Below, piece by piece: positions 15,477 to 20,642 of a DNA stretch of 20,642 nucleotides (the first letter of the stretch is position 1; the number at the start of each line of letters is the position of its first letter). A program made the translations under genes and the position numbers. The DNA is from a virus: positions 84,088-104,729 of IMG/VR virus record IMGVR_UViG_3300022227_000002, one strand, 5' to 3'. The notes under the pieces are model-generated. The model was not told where the DNA came from, searched no databases, and worked only from the letters and a program-made list of their open reading frames with translations.

Positions 15477-15722
15477 CTAGTCTACTTTGATTATATTTTT
15501 AATAGCTTGATGTAGTTTTTCTGCAGTTGCAACACCTAATTGTCTCTGTGCATACTCTTTATCTCCATCGATAAGAGCCGCTACTTGATCAATCATTTCA
15601 AGTTTAGTAATACTACCGTTCTTGAAATTTGTGTTTATTGTTATTGCACTTTCGGCTATAGTTTTAGCCCAGTTATTTTCTGCTACTATTTCTGCTAATG
15701 CTGTTTCGTCTGCCGCCGCCAT
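15477..15722 (-). CDS. Hypothetical protein (81 aa)
   Basis: SD AAGGAGA and upstream TATAAATA. Confidence 0.75.
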   Translation of the reverse strand: MAAADETALAEIVAENNWAKTIAESAITINTNFKNGSITKLEMIDQVAALIDGDKEYAQRQLGVATAEKLHQAIKNIIKVD

Positions 15723-15749
15723 AGTGTATCTCCTTTAGTGTTATACTTG

Positions 15750-15757
15750 TATTTATA
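15750..15757 (-). promoter_or_regulatory. T4-type late promoter TATAAATA
   Basis: Exact consensus in the intergenic gap, upstream of SD AAGGAGA. Confidence 0.7.
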
Positions 15758-15958
15758 TTATCTCAGCTTTTTAATTGTACGTCCTAACCCTAGTTTTTTA
15801 ACGTTTTTATACTCATCTCCGGGCTTAACGTCGCTTGTAGTGTTTTGTTTAGTAATAATACCCACACTTGAAGCTTCTTCATTTTTATTCTTAATAAGTT
15901 GAACAATTTTAGTTCTAGACTCTTCTAAAGGTAATGCTACAATTTCAAGAATTTTCAT
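15758..15958 (-). CDS. Small hypothetical protein, probable internal head protein
   Basis: N-terminus MKILEIVALPLEE; TAATG coupling to the upstream ORF; SD-like GAGGT. Confidence 0.7.
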   Translation of the reverse strand: MKILEIVALPLEESRTKIVQLIKNKNEEASSVGIITKQNTTSDVKPGDEYKNVKKLGLGRTIKKLR

Positions 15959-16131
15959 TATAATTTACCTCTTTTTAATTGATCTTTAGTTACTTTATAT
16001 GGTACTTTTTCAATTTTACCACCTTTAGCAAGAAACTCTTTCATCATACGATCACGATCTTCTTGCGTTGTTTTCTTGTCTTCTTCTTTACCTGACGAAT
16101 ATACTCTATTGATCCCTGTGAATTTGGGCAT
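15958..16131 (-). CDS. Small SutA-RBD-like protein (57 aa), putative RNA polymerase binder
   Basis: Not in the track. MPKFTGINRVYSSGKEEDKKTTQEDRDRMMKEFLAKGGKIEKVPYKVTKDQLKRGKL; SD AGGAG at 16142-16146; its stop overlaps the next ATG (TAATG). Confidence 0.7.
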   Translation of the reverse strand: MPKFTGINRVYSSGKEEDKKTTQEDRDRMMKEFLAKGGKIEKVPYKVTKDQLKRGKL

Positions 16132-16672
16132 ATTGTTCTAACTCCTGTTTTACTTTACTTATCGGATTCTTATTAGCCTGATATAAAATTCCATATCCCC
16201 CAGACGCTTTCCAACGATCTAAATTTTTTGGTCTATCATCAATTAGTATATTAGACACCTTTGTTCTTTTGTCTATTGCATATGATTCTTTTCTTCCAGT
16301 GATAATAATTTGATTTGGTGCTTCTATATTTTGTTGTAACCAAAACCTTTTGCCATTTGTTGAATTTTCATGGTCACCTCTTAAAGGGGATGATAATATA
16401 GAAAACGTACCGCCTGTAAATTCTTTAACAGTTGCAATTAATTCATCAGCAGTAGGAAATTTAGGTAATGTTTTAAAGAAATCTGTACCAGTTATTCTAT
16501 TAATAACTTCTTGTTTAAGGTCTTTAGTTTTATCGGATACTAATTGTTTCCAATGTTCAACACCATATAATTTTTCTACACCACCAAAAAAGTCTGCGAT
16601 AACTCCGTCCATATCTACATAGACTATTGGTTTGTTTACTGGCTCTTGACCATCTACTTCAAAAAATTTCAT
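16106..16672 (-). CDS. 5'(3')-deoxyribonucleotidase (NT5C-type HAD)
   Basis: VYVDMDGVIADF, FFKTLP, ILSSP, KRFW, RKE, ILIDD and W...GG.GI motifs; N-terminal extension MKFFEV. Confidence 0.88.
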   Translation of the reverse strand: MKFFEVDGQEPVNKPIVYVDMDGVIADFFGGVEKLYGVEHWKQLVSDKTKDLKQEVINRITGTDFFKTLPKFPTADELIATVKEFTGGTFSILSSPLRGDHENSTNGKRFWLQQNIEAPNQIIITGRKESYAIDKRTKVSNILIDDRPKNLDRWKASGGYGILYQANKNPISKVKQELEQYAQIHRDQ

Positions 16673-16677
16673 TGGAA

Positions 16678-17778
16678 TTATGCAATTCCTATGTGTGTTA
16701 CCTTAGGAAACTTTTGTTTAATATGACGTGCAAATTGATTGAATTGCATTATTAATCTATTATCCCAACCTTCTGGTTTACCACCACCTATCATTGTTGC
16801 TCCACCTCCGGATTTATCAACTGTTGTAGGAACTTCTCCAGATGGTTTATTAATGTGTTTCTTTAACCATTGAGTTGTAATATTAATAAATTTATCTATA
16901 GGCATAGGTCCTGCGTCTTCAAAATTAGGATCCATACCTAATGAATTTAATATATCTCTCATTGAAAAGTTTGAAAGATAGGGACTTTCATCTTCATCCC
17001 CCATGCCATCTGGGAATTCCCAAACGTCTTGCATTTTACCATCAAATTCTTTTTTAGTTAAAAAATATGGATTTAAACTTGCTCCTTCTTTCATAGCACT
17101 TTCATTGTTAGGCATAAATTTTGCATATTTCTTTTGCATATATTTTACTTGATTTAAATCTTTACCTATATCAAGTCTTAATTTTACGCCTTTTATATCT
17201 TGTGTAATTTCGTTAGCTTTTTCATCGTCACCTTGTTCTTGTGCAATTTCTAATGCAGAGTTCATTGCTTTTACAACATCAACACTATTGTTTAATGCGT
17301 CATTAATTGAACCAACACCTGCTAAAGTTCCTATAATTATTCCAGCCGCCGCTAATTTTCTTAGATATTCTTTTACACCTTCATCTAAATTTTCATCTTC
17401 ATCGGACCAATAAACTGCTGATTCGTTTTGAACATCGTGAGATGCTAATACCATGGCCATTGCATCTGCTACTCCAATTTTATTTCTGTTCATGTCTTCT
17501 AACTTTGAAGTATCACCGTGGTCATTAAACACTGCCATATACTCATGAATTGCATTTGGATCAAATCCTGCTTTTTCTAATACAATTCTGCCTTTTTCTG
17601 AAATGTCTTCTTTAGCCATTTTTGTAGCAGTAGCATACATTACAGATTTGTAATCATCGCCATATCTTGCTTTAAAATCTTTGGCACTTTTCTTCATGCC
17701 TTTGACATATTTTTCTTTTTTAGATTTTTGTTTTTTAGATAATTTTTTTTCGGAAGTATAAAATTCTTTAGATCGCAT
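16678..17778 (-). CDS. Modular hypothetical protein (366 aa), probable internal head protein
   Basis: Start re-called to ATG at 17778 (TAATG overlap), giving MRSKEFYTSE. Basic module KEKYVKGMKK...RYG...VMYATATKMAKE; modules separated by ISE / LDE / MKE motifs. Confidence 0.75.
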   Translation of the reverse strand: MRSKEFYTSEKKLSKKQKSKKEKYVKGMKKSAKDFKARYGDDYKSVMYATATKMAKEDISEKGRIVLEKAGFDPNAIHEYMAVFNDHGDTSKLEDMNRNKIGVADAMAMVLASHDVQNESAVYWSDEDENLDEGVKEYLRKLAAAGIIIGTLAGVGSINDALNNSVDVVKAMNSALEIAQEQGDDEKANEITQDIKGVKLRLDIGKDLNQVKYMQKKYAKFMPNNESAMKEGASLNPYFLTKKEFDGKMQDVWEFPDGMGDEDESPYLSNFSMRDILNSLGMDPNFEDAGPMPIDKFINITTQWLKKHINKPSGEVPTTVDKSGGGATMIGGGKPEGWDNRLIMQFNQFARHIKQKFPKVTHIGIA

Positions 17779-20525
17779 TACTCTGCCCTCAATGTCGACT
17801 TTTTCCACCCTTTAGCAAGAAATTCATTATGTTTACTTTTAGGAATTAAAATTGTTTTACCATTTTTATGAACATATATTTTAGGTACTGATTGACCTAA
17901 TCTTTTTAGGTCAGCTGGTTGCATACCATCGCTATCTTGTTCTTTTTTAATAGGTAACTCTGGTTGTTTCATTCTTACGTTTGTTATACCCATTTTTGCT
18001 AACTTCTCTGGCATTTTAGTTACAACAAATCTACCACTTGTATCTTTGTCATCAAAATCGTATCCGGCTGTACTCATTAAATCTCTAATTGCAAAGTTTC
18101 CATCGGATGATCCAAAGCCTTCTCCATCTGGCCAATCTGCATAATGTGGACCATTAGCAACTTCTTCGCCTGCCGCTTTTAATTCTTTTGCAAAATTTAC
18201 ATATTCTTCTGCTGATATAAATTTTCTCATCACAGCCATTCTAACTAAATCCATTCCTGTTCCAAATGGTGCATCTTCTTTTACTGCACTATCTTCTTTT
18301 TTTAGTGGTAATCCTAAATGATCTACACTTTCAGTTGTTTCTTGTTTACCAGCCTGAACTCTATCCCAATAGTATGAACTCATTTTACCGTAACCATGTC
18401 TCCAAGCCATTTGACGTAGTGTTGTTTCATCTTTGTCTTTAAATCTGTCTGCTAATTCTTTATCAGACATAAACGCAAGTTTTTGTTTATGTTTAATAAT
18501 AGATGCTGGCATTCTTTCTTTTAATCCATAATCTTTTTTATCAAAATTTAGTATTTTAGATAATTCTTCTTTTGCAGAAGGACTTTGTTCAACATCAATT
18601 AGTTGATTAATCATATCAATAGCATTAACACTATTGCCATCTTGTATATTTTCTTTTATAGCAGTTAATACATCAATTTTATTTGAAAATCCATTAATAT
18701 TAAATTCTTTTACTGTAGATTCAGTTTTATATACATTTTGAATTTTATCAATTAAAGGAGGCCAACTTTCTTTAATAGTAGAAGATATAACTTTTGCCAT
18801 ATTATTATCACCTTTAAGTACAGCATCAGCTAGTTCTAATCCATGACTTAAAGAAGCCTGTGCGGCACCTAATAAACTTGCTTCAGAATCTTCTTTTACT
18901 GATTCATCACTCATTGGACTTGTTATAGGTGTACTTTTTAGAGCTGGGTCTTTTTTAAATGCTGGTTTTAATTGTTTTCCTTTATATGCAGTTTGTCCTG
19001 TAGGTATTTTTTGTACTTTACCACCTTTAGCAAGAAATTGCTTCATTAATTCGTCGCTGGCTTTCTTTTTATCATCTTTACTATCTTCAAACTTACTTCT
19101 TAAATGATCTAAATCTAATTCAAAGTCATCTGACTTGTAATAATCTTGCCAAGTTTTAAATCGTGCTTGTAAGTCTTTAGCTCTACCGTGTTTTTCATCG
19201 TAATACCATATTTTTGCCATTTCTTCTGGTGAAACTACATCTGTATAATCTGTTATTTGTGGTTCATCATCTTCGTTTGCTTTTCTTAATGCATCAGCAA
19301 CATCTGGATGACTTGATAATCCTTTTGCAATTCTTTCAATATTTTTTACAGCGGTTGTATGATTATCTACATATAATTTAGCATATGCTTTTGCTTTTGC
19401 TATTTGACCAAAAGAAAAGTTTTCTTTGCCATCTTCTTTAGTTGATTCTCCTTGTGTTGCATAATCCTCAGCAACCCAGTCAATAAGTTCACCTGTTTTT
19501 TCAAATTCTTCTAATTCTTCATCAGTTAAAGGTGTGCCATCTATATATTTTGCTCCAAGTAATTGAAAAATCATATCACTAAAATCCTGCATTTCATAGT
19601 CTATGCTATTATGATCTATTTCTTTACCACGAAACATTATATTGGCATAATCAACTTTTTGATCTCTTGCTACTTTATATGCCGCCCAAGATTTTTCGTC
19701 ATCTTCTTTTAATGGTAATCCTAAATGATCTACGCCTTGCATTGTTGCTGTGTCTTTTTGTAAAAGGGCGTGAACTGTAGATCTTAACTCTGGATCTGTT
19801 CTAAACATTTGTGCAATAGAATTTGCGTCAGGTTGTGCTTGTTTTTGTGCTTGTTTTTGTGCTGGTGCTTGTGCTGGTGCTTGTGCTGGTGCTTGTGCTG
19901 GTGCTTGTGCTGGTGCTTGTTTTTGTGCTGGTGCTTGTTTTTTTGCTGGTACAACTTTTTTGGCTCTAAATTGATCTCGAGCCATATGTTGAAATATTTT
20001 ATCAACATCTCCTGCTGATGGATTTTTCCCTTTCCATTTTTGAAGGTAGCTTGTATCAGCTCCTTTTGTTGTCATAAAATCTTTTAATTGTTTTAGTGTA
20101 GGATTGTTATAATCTGCACCAACTTGACCCACATACTGTCTCCATTCGTCGTACATTTGTTTCATTACATCATCTGACTGCATTGCACCTTTCATTCCTG
20201 CCGCAGTACCTCTCATTCCAAGTTTTGATGCCGCTTTTTGACCAAGACTTGTAGCCGCTCTTTTAAGCATACCCATACCCGGTGCTTCTTTAGTAGTAGT
20301 GTCTTCCCATTTTAAATTTTTTTCAGCCCAGGCTCTTAATTCTAATTTTCTTTTTTGGATTTCTGCCATTAGATCAGCATCGGTTCTATTTACAGGGTCT
20401 AATGCCATGTCCTGAAGATGCTTCATTAATTCTCTATAATGTTCTTTATTTCGTGGAGTTACAACTTGTCTAAATTCGGCAAGTTTACTAAATCTAACTG
20501 CTTTGTTAAGGTCATGTAAATTCAT
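17778..20525 (-). CDS. Large modular charged protein (915 aa), probable internal head polyprotein-like precursor
   Basis: Long open frame coupled to both neighbours by TAATG; QAPA repeat linker; recurrent (V/L/T)KE-D junctions; embedded FLAKGGKVQKIP module. Confidence 0.8.
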   Translation of the reverse strand: MNLHDLNKAVRFSKLAEFRQVVTPRNKEHYRELMKHLQDMALDPVNRTDADLMAEIQKRKLELRAWAEKNLKWEDTTTKEAPGMGMLKRAATSLGQKAASKLGMRGTAAGMKGAMQSDDVMKQMYDEWRQYVGQVGADYNNPTLKQLKDFMTTKGADTSYLQKWKGKNPSAGDVDKIFQHMARDQFRAKKVVPAKKQAPAQKQAPAQAPAQAPAQAPAQAPAQKQAQKQAQPDANSIAQMFRTDPELRSTVHALLQKDTATMQGVDHLGLPLKEDDEKSWAAYKVARDQKVDYANIMFRGKEIDHNSIDYEMQDFSDMIFQLLGAKYIDGTPLTDEELEEFEKTGELIDWVAEDYATQGESTKEDGKENFSFGQIAKAKAYAKLYVDNHTTAVKNIERIAKGLSSHPDVADALRKANEDDEPQITDYTDVVSPEEMAKIWYYDEKHGRAKDLQARFKTWQDYYKSDDFELDLDHLRSKFEDSKDDKKKASDELMKQFLAKGGKVQKIPTGQTAYKGKQLKPAFKKDPALKSTPITSPMSDESVKEDSEASLLGAAQASLSHGLELADAVLKGDNNMAKVISSTIKESWPPLIDKIQNVYKTESTVKEFNINGFSNKIDVLTAIKENIQDGNSVNAIDMINQLIDVEQSPSAKEELSKILNFDKKDYGLKERMPASIIKHKQKLAFMSDKELADRFKDKDETTLRQMAWRHGYGKMSSYYWDRVQAGKQETTESVDHLGLPLKKEDSAVKEDAPFGTGMDLVRMAVMRKFISAEEYVNFAKELKAAGEEVANGPHYADWPDGEGFGSSDGNFAIRDLMSTAGYDFDDKDTSGRFVVTKMPEKLAKMGITNVRMKQPELPIKKEQDSDGMQPADLKRLGQSVPKIYVHKNGKTILIPKSKHNEFLAKGWKKSTLRAE
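18306..19733. repeat. 21-bp direct repeat TGGTAATCCTAAATGATCTAC (18306-18326 and 19713-19733) encoding VDHLGLP
   Basis: Both copies read directly from the sequence; the protein shows VDHLGLPLKED and VDHLGLPLKKED. Confidence 0.9.
19833..19950. repeat. In-frame tandem repeat encoding a QAPA/QKQA linker
   Basis: Five perfect copies of the 12-mer TGTGCTGGTGCT (19858-19917) with degenerate flanking units. Confidence 0.95.
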
Positions 20526-20641
20526 TATATTTTTCTACCTCTAATTCCTTTAGTTTTTTGCATAAGTGGTCTTCTAAACCATAATTTAAACCATCCTGGA
20601 TCTCCAGGTCTTAATCCTAATGCTTTCTCCCTGTCTTTAAT
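20525..20641 (-). CDS. 3' end of a hypothetical protein (5' end outside the window)
   Basis: ...IKDREKALGLRPGDPGWFKLWFRRPLMQKTKGIRGRKI*; its TAA overlaps the ATG of the 915-aa gene. Confidence 0.7.
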   Translation of the reverse strand: MKDREKALGLRPGDPGWFKLWFRRPLMQKTKGIRGRKI

Positions 20642-20642
20642 T

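Noticed and set aside
16088-16108. TAG read-through or stop-codon recoding after the nucleotidase
   Set aside because: The frame closes again with TAA five codons later, the gap is explained by the 57-aa ORF in another frame, and all long genes are intact in the standard code.
320-16622. Short plus-strand ORFs in the track (320, 1341, 2207, 2870, 3808, 7500, 7612, 10513, 11314, 13376, 16350)
   Set aside because: All are antisense to well-supported minus-strand genes, with Ser/Phe/Leu-rich shadow composition and no recognisable motifs.
19833-19950. Possible CRISPR array
   Set aside because: The units are contiguous with no spacers and are in frame within a CDS.
19784-20018. His/Lys/Gln-repeat ORF (minus strand) and Cys/Trp/Leu-repeat ORF (plus strand) that look like metal-binding peptides
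   Set aside because: They are alternative-frame readings of the 12-bp QAPA tandem repeat.

Overview
AT-rich (roughly 30% GC by eye), tightly packed segment of a large T4-like dsDNA phage. All credible genes are on the minus strand and read in the standard code. The host is probably a low-GC marine bacterium, possibly SAR11-like (inference). In transcription order (right to left) there are four blocks. (1) A cluster of probable late-expressed internal head proteins sharing an N-terminal MKxxE(I/F/V) motif, including a modular 915-aa protein, an NT5C-type nucleotidase and two SutA-like RNA-polymerase-binding modules. (2) An auxiliary block: DsbA-like DNA-binding protein, small membrane protein, HAD phosphatase, queD, nitrilase-family hydrolase, guaC and ribosomal protein bL12. 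(3) A replication core: family B DNA polymerase, DEDDh exonuclease and probable sliding clamp. (4) Directly downstream, a TGT/DpdA-like base-exchange enzyme, two sugar/polyol-type dehydrogenases, a possible Cys-less QueE-like protein, a divergent QueD paralog, a GT-B glycosyltransferase resembling the queuosine mannosyltransferase GTDC1/QTMAN, and clpP (truncated by the window edge). Block 4 is the best candidate for an undescribed system: a glycosylated 7-deazaguanine-type hypermodification of DNA or tRNA. Other notable signals are twin hairpins with identical 8-nt loops in the polymerase leader, near-consensus sigma70 promoters and TAAATA-N5-ATG leaderless late promoters. All family assignments come from motif recognition by eye, not database searches.
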